This document shows, in pieces, positions 22,514 through 35,996 of a stretch of DNA of 64,000 bases. The DNA comes from Flectonema sp. DT1601. Taxonomy: Eukaryota. The DNA lies in NCBI GenBank assembly GCA_964019425.1, contig OZ025790.1, positions 682,001-746,000 of the forward strand, read 5' to 3'. Under the pieces are notes generated by a model. It was not told where the DNA came from and did no database searches. It saw nothing but the letters and a program-made list of their open reading frames with translations. Position numbers and translations under genes: made by a program. Numbering within the stretch: the stretch's first letter is position 1; each line of letters opens with the position of its first letter.

Positions 22514-25500
22514 GCAGGTTTCGGTGGCAGTTGTCCGTGGTGCTTGTGTGAGCAGCACCAGGATGCCAGTCGGTGCGACCGGTTCGCGTTGCGACCGCAG
22601 CTTTGACAGATCGGTCTGTCGTGTTGTTTGCACCTGTGATGGTACTTCCCGCAGCAGGTGTCGGCTGTCTTCCTCTGCGAGTAGCAACTCCCGCATGCCG
22701 TCATTCTGTGCTTCGTACAGAAGTCCCAGACGGGGGTCAGTCCGTCTGATTCGTCATTTCGGTGGTGGTTGTAGCAGCATTCGTAGATTGCCACTTCCAC
22801 CGCGTTGTCGCATGTCGCGCACTTCCCCTTGCGGTGAAGTTTGCATACCGGTGGTGGTTTTTTTCCTAGTGGCGGTGGTCTCTTCGTTGCTTCCTCCGGG
22901 GCCACAACTGAGTCCTCTTGTTCACGCATCACCGTCCATCTCGCATCCCATTCAGGTGAGGGTTCCTCGGAAGCAGTCTTCCTCCAAATGTCAGCTTTCT
23001 TTTCCCATCCCGGCGGGTGTTCGATGAACGTGTTGCTGCCGAAAGGTTGTTCGGGGTACAGGTCTTTCTTCTCGTGTGCGTCCGAGATCAGGTCTTCTAC
23101 CTTCCGGGCAGATTCTTCACCTCCGAGGAACGTCGATCTCCTGTCGATTCCCGCAATTCTCGGTCCGTCCAGCGGTCGTAGAGATTTGATCACTTCCTTG
23201 ATGTTGCCATCGGGGTAGATTCTCTTGTCCGGTCCGTCCATTTCCTTTGCGATCCTGTCTATCTTCACCAGTAGGTTGGCGAAGGTTCTCGATTTCTTGT
23301 CCATTGAAATCGGGTGGGTGCTTTCGGTGTGGCTGGTGGTGGCTTCTTTCAATCTGATTCCCGTGCAGATCTCGAAGTCCACCGCCATTTCCAGGAAGGT
23401 GATCCCGTTCCCGTCCTTCCTTGCCGCCCACTTGATCCTGTTCAAGTAGCTTGCAATCGCGAGGTATGTTTCTCTCGTATTGCATCCCGGCCAGGCTCGG
23501 TAGTTAGGCATGTATCGGGCCAGGTTGTTGGGGTACGAGATCATCTCTTCGGAGCTCCAGTCGCCGGCGTATTTCAGTGTGGTGGTCGGTCGTGCCGTCC
23601 GATCGCAACGTCTTCTGTCTCTCTCGAGTCTGATTCGCGCCAACATCAGTTGCATCCTCCCAGTGATTCCGTTCGGTAGTTCCATTTCCAGAGGTTTTAT
23701 CCCGCAGAGTCTCAGACATGGTGGCCAGGATTCTGAGTAAACATGCATTACGTCAGGAAATTCAGAACGGATTTCGTCGTATGATGTGCATATCCAGAAG
23801 TTGTGGTCAAGGGATTCCACCTTTTCCTCACCATCCTCCGTACAGTTCTTGCACGTCTTGTCCCCACCTCCGGCATTCTCATTGGTAAAGATGTCGTCCA
23901 TCATAATGCTCCTGACAACCCCTCTTTCCAACGGCAGTCCCTTCTCCAACTTCAGCATTTGGAGGGTTTCCCCTCTGTCGATACCGCTTTCGATTCCTTT
24001 CAGGTTCACTCTCTGTTTAGTGACCTTCTTCCACTCGATCAGCCTGCAGCTTTCACGGATCTCGTGCTGCCAGGCTCCCAGTTCCAGCTCGTTCATGTTG
24101 AAGGTCTTCGTCGGTGTTTTGATTTCCAACGGTGATTCCCAGCTCCATCCCATTCTCCGTAGTGATTCCATCACCAATCCGATAGGGCCTCTCGTTCGGG
24201 TGGATTCTTTCGCCTTCCTCCATGTATCGATTATTCTTTCTCGGAATTTGTCGAGCATCCGTACGAACATCGATAGCCTGTTGTAGGTTATATAGGTGTC
24301 CGGGTTTACGCAGTGTCCCTTGCACAGTAGTGATAATCCTATCGTGTTCGATAGTTTACTCCCTTTTACCTTCCTATTAAAGATCGCTGCTGCCATCGTA
24401 CTTTTCAGCTGACCCAGTCGTTTCTGATCTGGCTGGTACAGCTCTATGCCGAACAGGGCGCTCGTCATGACAGCTGCGGTCGCGATCATTGCTCTCTTGT
24501 AATACTTCAGGGGTAGCAGTTTGATCCTTCTCGCTCTCTCGAGGAGTTCCTTCGTGATCCTTCCCTGACCCGTACGGCGGGTGTTCCCGTTCATCTCGAT
24601 GTGACTTCCTACGATGTCGACGTGTTTCGAGAATTCGAGGGTCACTCTATTTTGTGTCCGTTCTCTTCCCGGTTGGAGAACCAATTGCATTTGTGTGGTG
24701 CCAGCTGTTGTCCCGTCACTGTGCAGTATTCGGCTACGATGTCGACACCCTTCTGTAGGTCTTCTCTGGCTCCCACCAGCGTCAGATCGTCCGCGTACGA
24801 TTCAGGCTTGATACCCGATTCTTGCTCAATCGCCTTGCTGAGGATAGAGCATAGTGCATTGAATAGCACTACGCTCAGAGGGCAACCTTGCAGTATTCCA
24901 TTGGTCGTTTTGAACGGTTTTCCGACCCCCGATGCGAATTTGAACCTCCTGGTCAGGTTGTCGTAGACGTCCCGAATAGGTTTCAATATCCTATCCGAGA
25001 TCCCCATGGCTTCAACCAAACTTAAGAGGATGCCGTGCGGTACTAGGTCGAAGCATTTCTTGAAGTCGGTGGTAACCCCCGCGATCTCTTTCCCGGACAG
25101 GGTAGCTAGTTCCACTTCCAAAGCCAGTTTCCAACTCAGGTCGTGGGTTGATTTCCCCTTCCTGAATCCGGTTTGGCCTTTGTGGGCCCAATCTTCTTGC
25201 CAATCCATCACGTCAGTCTTCAGTCTGATCGCACCCCAGAGCCTGTACAGCGCCGAGGTTACCGTGATTGGTCGCTGTTCCAGAGGGCCTGTTCCTGCTC
25301 CTTTCGGAATCGTTGACACCAGTGCGCATAGCATCGCTTCAGGCCATCCCATCTCCTCCACGGTGTTGAGAAAGAACGCTATTCTCGGTAGCATGATCTC
25401 CGGGAGTGCTTTCAATTCTGAGACACGGAATCCGTCGGTTCCAGCTGCCTTCCGCGAGCTCGTTCTCGACAGCGCTTCCTTCACATCTTTCTCCGAGATG

Positions 25501-27119
25501 TCTCCGCATATCATCGGATGGTTCTCGATATACTTGCCGTATCTCTCACGAAACGATTCCCAGTCCAGTTGTGGATCCTCGCGGTATTTCTGCAGTATGT
25601 CTCTCCAGGCATTCTGCATCTCCGCATCCATTTCCCCGCAATTCGCCGTTCAGTTGCCGTCTTCCTTTTGCATCAAGAGGGTCTGTGTCTGATGGGCGTC
25701 CTTCACCCAACGGAAGATCCTTCCTGGATCCTCGTACCAGCAGTCCACCATCCTGCGTTTCCACATCCTCACGCGCTCATGCTTTATGTCCGTCAGGGAA
25801 CTCGTTTGTTCCCTTCTCAGATCATTGCATTGCCTGGTGATGCCTTCCCTATCCGGGATCTCTTCCGGGAGCGTCGGGTCGATCTTCTTCGCCTTCTTCC
25901 ACAAGTGTTCGATTGTGGTTGGAGTCACGGAGGGTCCTTCCTGGTCTTTCATCAATCTCCTCAGTTCTTCCAGAATCCTTAGCAGTCGTAGGTTGTTCAC
26001 CGTCCAACCGTCCAGTGCTCCGTTCGTCCCTGCTTGTTTCGGTGCGCGGGAACGGTTCTTCGGCGTTTGGGCTTTCCCTCTTCCGAGGTATTTCTTCCTC
26101 TCTTTATCGGAGATGTCGTTCTTCTTCAGAAAGTATTCCTCGACGTCGTTCCCGATGATCCGCAGCATCGAGTCGGTGTTCTTCGCTACACATGCCTTCT
26201 CCCAATCCCGGTTCGAATCCTCCAAGATCTTCTGGGCAAGCTTCACATCCGGACGTAGGTGCTCCGTGTCGAATTGTCTGGGTTTCGGCATATGTTGCGT
26301 TTTCCCGTCGTATGCTTTCAGTCGTAGGTGGTTGACCATCACCGGTTTATGTGTCGGGATGCCGGTGTCGTTTAGAGTCTGGGTCCTAGACTCCGCTGTT
26401 ATGGCCGCCGCAGCCGTGTTGTTCATCAGGATGGCGTCGATTCTTCTTAAACCCAGTCCGCCCGTGCAGGTCGGTTCGGCGCTGTTCATCGCTACCGCGC
26501 AATCGGTCCAAAGTCCTTGGCTCGTCGCTAGTTGAATGCAAGCGGATTCGCGGGTGTCCATGTTGAAATCACCACCGATCAACACTGGCACATCCCCCAG
26601 CGCTGCCGCTTCCCGGAGAGTCAGTTTCAGGAGTTCTTCCGTGTTCGCTTCTGATCGTACATCTCCGTAGAACGAAATGGCATGTAGAACCTTGCCTTTT
26701 CCGTATGCTACGCCAGCGTGAACGTATCTTCCGGAGTCTTCGAGTACCTTCGGTCCTCTGATCCTTCTAATCGGAGCGTTGTGTTTCGCGAGGACCGCTA
26801 CTCCACCCGTGGTCTTGTAAGACCGTTCGTCGATTCTTCTCCTTTCGGAGGGTTTGCTGAAGACCGCCGACCAGCCCTCTCGTTCGAGTTGTTTGAGCAT
26901 CTTCTTCTGTTCTGTTTCAGAAAGAAGTGTCTCTTGCACTAGGATGATGTCGGCGTCCAGCGCTATCACCGCTGCGACGTTTTTCATCATCGTCGTGGTA
27001 TTCACCGTTGCCACCGAGAATTCCGAAGGGAGTCTCATTGTTGCGTTGTCGTCCCCAATCCGTCCTGTGTCGGTCCAGCCGCTTCCTCTCCTTTCTGTGT
27101 TGTGGAGGTTCCGAGTCAT
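22514..27119 (-). pseudogene. Retrotransposon ORF2 (APE-RT-CCHC-extended C-terminus) broken by an in-frame TGA (25652-25650) and a 10-bp deletion frameshift (~24645); 3' end truncated
   Basis: APE motifs ILVQET, GGDFN, RRIDAIL, THKPV; RT motifs QRPITV, QTGFRKG, DFKKCFD, QGCPLS, YADD; CKNC...HNFWIC knuckle. The frame continues across the TGA (KEDGN*TANCGEMDAE). Confidence 0.9.
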
Positions 27120-28456
27120 TGCGATTTCTCCAGAACTGCCGCCAGCAGTAGTTCCAACCTCTCCATTCTCGCTTCCAGTGAGGATCCCGCCGTCGGTTTC
27201 TGTTGTTGCGTTGGTTTCGGTGGCGGTTGTGTTTGTGCTTGAGGTGGTTTCGGTGGTGTGTTCGGTGTATCCGATCTTCCAGCGTCCCTCCAGAGCTTCG
27301 ATCCCTTCTTCTTCCCATGGAACTTCAGGAAGTCGGTCTTGCAGTATCGCTTCCCGTTGTTCTCCGTCGGATCTTTTCGCGTTTCGGGTGGTGTTGCTAC
27401 AACGCGTTTCACACCATTTTGTTGGGTCACCTTCGTTGTTGGCTTCTGTCCCACTTTCTCAACAAGGCAGAGCTTCCCTCCCACCGCGACGGTGTCGGTC
27501 TCCCTCTCCGGGCCCCTCACAATCATCCAGCGGGTACCGTCTCTCACTCCTTCCCAGGTCTTCCTGACGTCCCATCCCTCCTCAGCTATCAGCTGTTTGA
27601 CTGCCTCATCGGCAGTCATCCCCAGCGGTATGCCGCTAACCTTCGCTTCTGGCATTTTCGCTGGGATGCCCAGCTTCCTCCTGGAGGTGTTCTCTCCGGA
27701 TCTCCTCACCCTCATTCCCAGGCCGTCTTTGTTCTGCACCAGTCCGATGCAGTTCGGGTCCTCCTCGGCTTTCACCAGAGCATCGTCCAGTTTTTCTTCG
27801 CCCGGGAGCCAGATGATAGCTCTGTTTTCGTTCCTGGATTTCTCCATCACGAAAACCCCGGCTTTTCCGGATGTCCGAAGGAAGGCCTCCACTTCTTCCT
27901 CTCTAACCCTTACTACGGCCGAAGCTTCTTCTGTGTTTATCCTGGGTAAATACCCGTCCACGAAACCCTTCATTTCCCTCAGGCAGGTTGTAACCCTCTT
28001 CGGGTTTCGCTGGAATCGTTTCCAGTCCTCCGCCGAGCATCTCTTCTTGGTCGCCCTCACGACCAACTCGGTCGTGGGAGCAACGCCTCCCGATCCAGCA
28101 ATGCCCTTCATCTGGGCCTCCTTTCCTAAATCCGTGATCCAGACGTCCGGCATATGACGTAGGTGCTCCGTGTCGAATTGTCTGGGTTTCGGCATATGTT
28201 GTGTTTTCCCGTCGTATGCTTTCAGTCGTAGGTGGTTGACCATCACCGGTTTATGTGTCGGGATGCCGGTGTCGTTTAGAGTCTGGGTCCTAGACTCCGC
28301 TGTTATGGCCGCCGCAGCCGTGTTGTTCATCAGGATGGTGTCGATTCTTCTTAAACCCAGTCCGCCCGTGCAGGTCGGTTCGGTGCTGTTCATCGCTACC
28401 GCGCAATCGGTCCAAAGTCCTTGGCTCGTCGCTAGTTGGATGCAAGCGGTGTCCAT
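27116..28456 (-). CDS. Chimeric ORF (446 aa): ~100 aa duplicated endonuclease fragment fused in frame to the 5'-truncated putative retrotransposon ORF1
   Basis: The N-terminal part matches the APE segment at 26252-26577. The rest is a basic, Pro/Gln-rich protein ending in a coiled-coil-like LEARMERLELLL. Its stop overlaps the ORF2 ATG (ATGA, 27119-27116). Confidence 0.6.
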   Translation of the reverse strand: MDTACIQLATSQGLWTDCAVAMNSTEPTCTGGLGLRRIDTILMNNTAAAAITAESRTQTLNDTGIPTHKPVMVNHLRLKAYDGKTQHMPKPRQFDTEHLRHMPDVWITDLGKEAQMKGIAGSGGVAPTTELVVRATKKRCSAEDWKRFQRNPKRVTTCLREMKGFVDGYLPRINTEEASAVVRVREEEVEAFLRTSGKAGVFVMEKSRNENRAIIWLPGEEKLDDALVKAEEDPNCIGLVQNKDGLGMRVRRSGENTSRRKLGIPAKMPEAKVSGIPLGMTADEAVKQLIAEEGWDVRKTWEGVRDGTRWMIVRGPERETDTVAVGGKLCLVEKVGQKPTTKVTQQNGVKRVVATPPETRKDPTENNGKRYCKTDFLKFHGKKKGSKLWRDAGRSDTPNTPPKPPQAQTQPPPKPTQQQKPTAGSSLEARMERLELLLAAVLEKSQ

Positions 28457-28472
28457 GTTGCAATCACCACCG
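28156..28472 (-). repeat. Duplicated APE endonuclease fragment (homologous to 26252-26577)
   Basis: Direct repeat with a 9-bp deletion (MDTACIQ vs MDTRESACIQ) and a few substitutions. Confidence 0.92.
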
Positions 28473-29742
28473 CCCCAAAAGATCCCACAGACTCACTAGC
28501 TGAAGCCTCCAACCGCATGTTCAGCCGCACCTCGTTCGACTCCGGGAACCAACCCCCGCTCAGCGTCAACCCGCCCCCTGCGGCATAGTCCAGCGACGCC
28601 CCGTTTGTCGGCGTCATCAACCGATCCTTGATGTGGGCCATCAGCCCGCGGAACGTGTGCGACCCCGACAGCCCGAAGTACGCCTCCGCCACGGTCTCCA
28701 ACTTCAGCAGCTCTCCCACTCCGTTGAACAGCGTAGACGAGTCCAATCCCTCGATGTTCAGCCCGCCGTCCCACCCGAATTTACCAAAATCAATGTTTGC
28801 AAGCTGCCCCAGCTGTCCCAAGATCGTCTCTTTCAGTGGATCGATGTCCGCATCTACCGAGAAAACCAGCGCCACTCCATCGAAGATGTTCTCATCCGAC
28901 AAACTCAGAACAGGCGACGGCAGCTGCCCGACGATCGGCGTCGTTACCCCAACTGTGAACACTCCCTCGAAACCTCCGCTCGGACTTCCCACAGAAATCT
29001 CCTGCACCCGCGTCAAGAAGTTTGTCACGTCGTCCGACGGAAAGTAAATCGGAACTTCCGCATTCGAGATCGTCGCCGTCCCAGCAAGGCTCACCATCCC
29101 ACTCACTCCGGTCCAAGCCACCTCCTCTCCAGCATCTACCGACCCACTCAGAGAGATCGTTACCTTCGAAGCACCAATCGAGATCGTCGCCTTCTCCGAC
29201 GGAGACGTCACCGAGTTCGGAATCTTCAGCGTCACCGTCGACGAGAAACCACCGGTTCCGGTCAAACTCAGCCCCCCACCCACCTTGAACGCAATCCCCA
29301 GCTTCTGCAGGTCAGCTGCCGGAAGTGATCCAAGACTACCGGAAAGGGTGACCGCTTCTTCCAGAGCCACCGTCATCGAGATCGTCAGCTCATCTGTCAC
29401 CGTGTCGTGCGTGCACGCCGCTGCGATCTGGCTTCCAAGGGCCGTATTCACCACGTCGAATGCCGTCTCGTTCACCGTGTTCAGCGTGGTAGTCAGATCC
29501 GCTGCGAACTTTGGCAGACCCATCGAACCTAAATCCTTGTTTGCTCCCGGAATTAAGTTTGAGAATTGGGTCAGTTTGCCTTCGATCGAAGCAGATGCGA
29601 CCTTCACTGCGTCCAGTGCGTCTAAGATATGCTGCTGATACGCAGCTGCCACGTCTACACATGGTTCCATTAAACCGTTTGTAGGTGTTGCTGACAACAT
29701 CGCACTTATCGCCATCATCATTATCGACGATCGCGTACTCAT
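28432..29742 (-). pseudogene. Truncated third copy of the giant RTX gene: first 424 codons fused to 12 retroelement-derived codons (436-aa ORF)
   Basis: Identical to the giant protein N-terminus up to ...SVGSFGA (28471), then reads VVIATWTPLASN* in retroelement endonuclease sequence. Confidence 0.85.
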
Positions 29743-29860
29743 TTTTTTAGCAGCTGAGAGTTGTTTCTAGCTGCTCTTATTCTTTGATTACCCTTTTCTT
29801 TTATTTGATGGGTAACTTGTATAACTGAACGAGAGAATGAGAATAAGTAATATAAAAAAA

Positions 29861-29996
29861 AACAATACAATACACTACACTACACTACACTACACTACAC
29901 AGCACAACGCAACACAACACAACACAACACAACACAACACAACAAAACAAAACACAACGCAACACAACACAACACAACACAACAAAACAAAACACA
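29861..29996. repeat. Compound pentamer microsatellite, copy B (expanded by ~50 bp relative to A)
   Basis: Same array with extra CAACA/AAACA units. Confidence 0.9.
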
Positions 29997-30543
29997 AAAA
30001 GGAACGATGTCGTAGATCAAGTCTTCCCCTATTTACCAACAGAATAGAGTCACGCAATTAGATTAATTCACATTAGAGTGTTGTGGTAGCCTGCATTAAC
30101 ATAAATAAAATACACAAATACGTCTGTGCGAACATTACAACACTCCCATCTCCCAACAACAGGAAACAAGAAGAAGATACACAACAAGGAAAACGAGGCA
30201 CAGCTCAACACACGGAAAACGTCGAAACACTGAATGCAACACGATCCAGCATTTCGAGAAAAAAAAGGAAGTTTTTTTTTAATTCAGTTTGTGTGTCATA
30301 TAAACAACATGACACAGCGGAGAGGAAGAAACTGCTGCGTTCTGATTGTCTGGTCGAAAGCTACCAAGCAATTCAGCACAGCATACGAAGCTTACACAGT
30401 TAACAACTGGATTGCTACCAGACATATTCGTTGTCGGGAGAGCGTTTAAAATGGAACAAATAGTGTTTTTTTTTCTCTTTACTGTTAATTTTTAAATTTT
30501 TCTTTTTTTTTTTTTTTTTTTTTTCAGAGAAAAGCAATACTTT

Positions 30544-31890
<1,347 letters not shown>

Positions 31891-34800
31891 TTAAAGTAGA
31901 AATAACTGAATCGGGGAGAGAGAGAGAGAGAGAGGAAAGAAATAATAAATATTAATAAAATAAAATAAAACAAAATACAACTTTATATCGATCCAGGAGG
32001 GACAAGTCAAGCGGAAGCTCCAGTGAAAGTCTGTAAACTCGCTCTCTAAAACTCGACAACCCCAATGTCGGTGGCAGTCTTCATTTTTTAGAACATCCTG
32101 AGAAATAACTGAAATAACAAGTAAAGGAAACAATAAATATCATATTAACACGTTAAGTCCCCTCTTCTTCTGAGATTCAAAACAACAATAAGTTAGTAGT
32201 GAAATAGTTAATATCGAGACGGAGTAGAAATTTAATTTCGACGACGGAGTGGAACAGAAGATTAAAAACAAGTCGGAAGCCTCAGTGAATGACAAGGTAG
32301 TTGAATACAACATTTATTAATACAAATCAAACCGTCGGATGGAATGCTGCAATCAGTAAACAGTCACAGTCACTCCCCTCGGGGATCAAACAAATAGTCG
32401 AATCAATTCACAGGAATACATCTATGCTCGGACTTTAGCTTACACGCATGTGAATTAATTCACAACAGTTATTCACAAGACTATACTGCTTCTGTCAGTA
32501 GCGGTAGTTTAGAGCACAGCGTCTCGCAGTGTTCGCCCGGGAGCAATGCGGGCTACTAATTGCTTTGGTGCTGTTAGCTACTTATTTGTACCGAATTTTG
32601 AAATTGGATGAAAAAGCGAAGGGGAAAAGGGGAGGAGGGAGGAACAAGTCGAAGGAGGGAGACAAGTGATCAAGATATAGAGATATAACTCTGCCTGCTT
32701 GAAGAATCAGAAATTAAGACCTTTACTTATTTTCTGCTTTTAATTTATTCTTTTTTTCTTTTTTGTGTGGAAGTCTCCCCCCAGCGGTCTTTTCGGAAAG
32801 TGCGAACGAGACGATGGGCAAACAAAATAAAAAGGGGGAGAGAGAGAGAGATTGAAAAGAAGAAATAAAATATAATAAAACAGCCATACAACACCATCAG
32901 CTATAATTGTAGTTAGAGATAGGGATGTACCGATATTACCAACAAATCGAAAAACTGTAGCAAAGCAGGAGCCACAAATGATAAAGATAAAGAGAACTGC
33001 TAAACAGACTCACCTTACTAATAGCCTAAGGCAATACGTTAGGGTATCAAACCGTAACTTACGACTTACGAGTTTTTTGGGAAGCACGCCCTACGAATAC
33101 AGTTGAGAAAACTGCTCGCAAGGAGAGCACCACTTTATTTGTCACTCGATGACTAAAAACAAGAGAGAGACTAAGAACACCCGAAAAAAAATAGAGAAGG
33201 GGGGGGGGGGTGGGATGAGTGGAGGTGAGGGAAAATGGGTTGGGATGAAAGGATCGTCCAAAAAATAAAAAATATTTTATCTTGTTTTCTAATTTTGATA
33301 ATATAAAATAAAATCATACAAAATAACTTTTGTATGATGTATATTAACAGAAATTCGGAAAGTCTAAAATATTCTTATAAAAAGAATCAACAATATAATA
33401 AAGTCATCAACACAAAGAGTCGATGAAATGGGTCATCAGATCTTCTGTACGAAGATCCAAAACCTTATCTACTGAATTATTAATTAAATAGCAGGAAGAC
33501 ACCTGCTTACCGCAAGTAAAGTTATTTTTGGAAATCCAACGTTGTTGCTGCTTCATGAGAACTCTAGCGAGGGTAACTCACAGCGATAAGTAAGTTAGTT
33601 ATGCAGAACAAAAACTGATCTGACTGCAAAAAATAATAAAATAATATTAAAATAATAAAGAAATAAAAGAGGCTATCACCATGTAGTGGTATGGTCGCAC
33701 CTAAACAAAAAAAAGAAAAAATTGTTTTTCTCTTTTTTTTCGTTTTTTTTTTTTTTTTTTTTTTTTTCGGTGATTCATATTCCCTACGTGGTGGAAAAAA
33801 AAGTATTATTGTTTTTGAAAATGAAAATAAAAAAAAGAAAAATTCAAGTGGAAGGAGGAAAAAGCTCTTTGAAGTCTACCGAACGCAGAGAATTCTTCTT
33901 TTTTTCAAGAACGGGATGCTGAGAAGTAAATAGAACAGAGCTAATCACATGGTGCTCAAATCGTTCTCAAAATTAGAAGACGAACTATCGATCGCAATTG
34001 TTGACCTGAAGTTCCAAATGTTAGTTTTAAATAATTAAAAAAACTTTCCTTTTGCTCATTGCGAATATTACGCCGCTTTTTTGCGGCAATTAAAATTGCG
34101 TTGTTTTTTTCTCTTTGTTCTTCAACATTGAGTTTGTAATTTTTTCATTATTTTTTATCCATCTACCGGTTGAAGGTTGTTTTCCCTTCAATTTCAATGA
34201 TTACTTCAATAGCACGGCTCAACCTCTTATGAGGAAGGAGGCAACCTTTTCAACACGAGACGGCTGAAAACGGACTGCCACCTTTTTTTTTCATGTTTTG
34301 TTTTATTCTACAAACTTCAACAAAAACAAAACGAAGAGCACTCACTGAGCAGGATGCGATCCTTTAAAGTCTTATCACTCAGTGAGGTCAGAAGGGAGAA
34401 TGACATGCCCCTGAACAGGTTTTATAAATAAGTAAAACAAAATAAATAAATTCATAACACAAGAAGAGCAATGATTGCGAAGAGAATGACGTTTATCATT
34501 TCTGAAGCTCTTCTTCAATCAGAAGAAAAGCTGATTTTACTGACACACAAGTACTACTAAAGTACGTCAGTAATCAGTTATTTCTTTCTTTCCTTCTTCC
34601 TCATTCTACGGGGGGGGAGAAGGGGGGGGGAGAGGGACAACAAGAATAAGGGAAAGTGGGTACACCCAACAGTGGAGGATTACCAGAGCCAACTTCTAAA
34701 ACGATTTTTCATAATCAACAACAACAACAACAACAACACACTAGTTGTACACAACTAGAAAGAAATCGTCAAGACAACAAATAATAATAATAATGCAGAC

Positions 34801-35996
34801 TCTATCCAGAAGATAAAGGTAACTATCCATCCAGTTATGGGTTTACTCTAAAGTAAATTAAAAACATGACTGAAATCTACAACAGTATTCAACACCTATC
34901 AAGGCATCAGTAAGCAACATATAAAATAATCGAATAAGTGCTCTGAATGCGATGACGGAATACTGCTGCAGACACAACAGTAAATATAAAAAGAGAAGAT
35001 TAACCCCCAAAGGGGAAATAAAAAAACAAAGTCATGCAGCGTTATGGAAGGGAAATAATATAAAAGATAAAAGAAAATACGAGGAAACATGGAATGACCA
35101 CTGCTGAAGGAGATTACCCATCAACAGGTGGTCTCCACTAAGAAGTCCCGTAGTCGATGACTTGGGAGTAAATTTCTACTGCGGAGCAAAACAATAATAC
35201 AGCACCAGGAATTGTTCAAGGGCTAAGCGTATGCGACAAGCAAGCAAACATAAAGTAGGATAACGTCCACGACCTACACAACAATCCTACTCAACTAGCG
35301 CACAGTGAGGTAAGCTCCTTTGTTGGGAAAATGGGAGTTGGTTGTAATAGAAGGAGTGAAGAAATATAATTAAAAAAGAAAAGCCAACGTAAAGAATAGA
35401 GGGGAAAATAAATACATAAGCACAAGCACTCAACTCACTTCTTTACGAGCGTATCACTGACGACGACTATATTTCTGAGAAATAAATATCTTCGGTGATG
35501 TGCCATAACGAAGTATTTTCATTGCGGATTGTTACCTTCCCCCAACACCACCAATCCTAGTCCACAACACCAGCAGTCACTTTGGTGTGCAAATCATATG
35601 CAGTTCAGCAATGCTTGTTTTTATTATTTTCCCTTCTCTTCTTTTCCGAAGAGTTGTTTGTTTCAAAAAAAAAAATTAAAAAAAATATATTGTGTTGCGA
35701 AGATAAAAACTAGTCACTTTTTAACCCACTGCGATCAGTGACCAGTCTAATTATAGTTTTAGGGAAGAAGGGAATAGGGCATTCAAATAATTTGAAACAA
35801 AAAAAAAAAAAAAAAAAAAAAAAACAGTGAAAGAGTCTACTGGAAATAAAGGTACCGAGATCAGGGGATGGAAAGTGAATAGAATAATATTACAAATTGG
35901 TAAAACAACTTAATAATTATTTTTGATCCTTTTGATTCCCCCCATCTTGACATATTTAAAAAGCGTTTGTCCCCAATGTTGATATTGTTATCGGAT

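Larger units (their letters stand above)
22008..28472 (-). mobile_element. Rearranged, degenerate non-LTR retrotransposon (APE endonuclease + RT) with no native termini, capped by internal fragments
   Basis: Junctions defined against the uninterrupted repeats: ...AAAAAGCGA|22008 (cf. 32619) and 28472|CCCCAAAAG (cf. 17937-17947, with CG shared). Contains a partial ORF1, ORF2 (APE, RT, Zn-knuckle) and two duplicated internal pieces. Confidence 0.9.

Noticed and set aside
25650..25652. In-frame TGA in ORF2 as evidence for a UGA=Trp code or programmed readthrough
   Set aside because: Single instance in an element that also has a frameshift; host genes use TGG for Trp. A TGG>TGA mutation is simpler.
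33199..33245. G-rich runs (also 34610-34636) as functional G-quadruplexes
   Set aside because: Homopolymer tracts are common throughout this spacer and equally read as minus-strand pyrimidine tracts; no independent support.
32620..35996. Protein-coding, tRNA or rRNA genes in the AT-rich spacer
   Set aside because: Only short low-complexity ORFs; I recognised no tRNA cloverleaf, rRNA or SL RNA signature.
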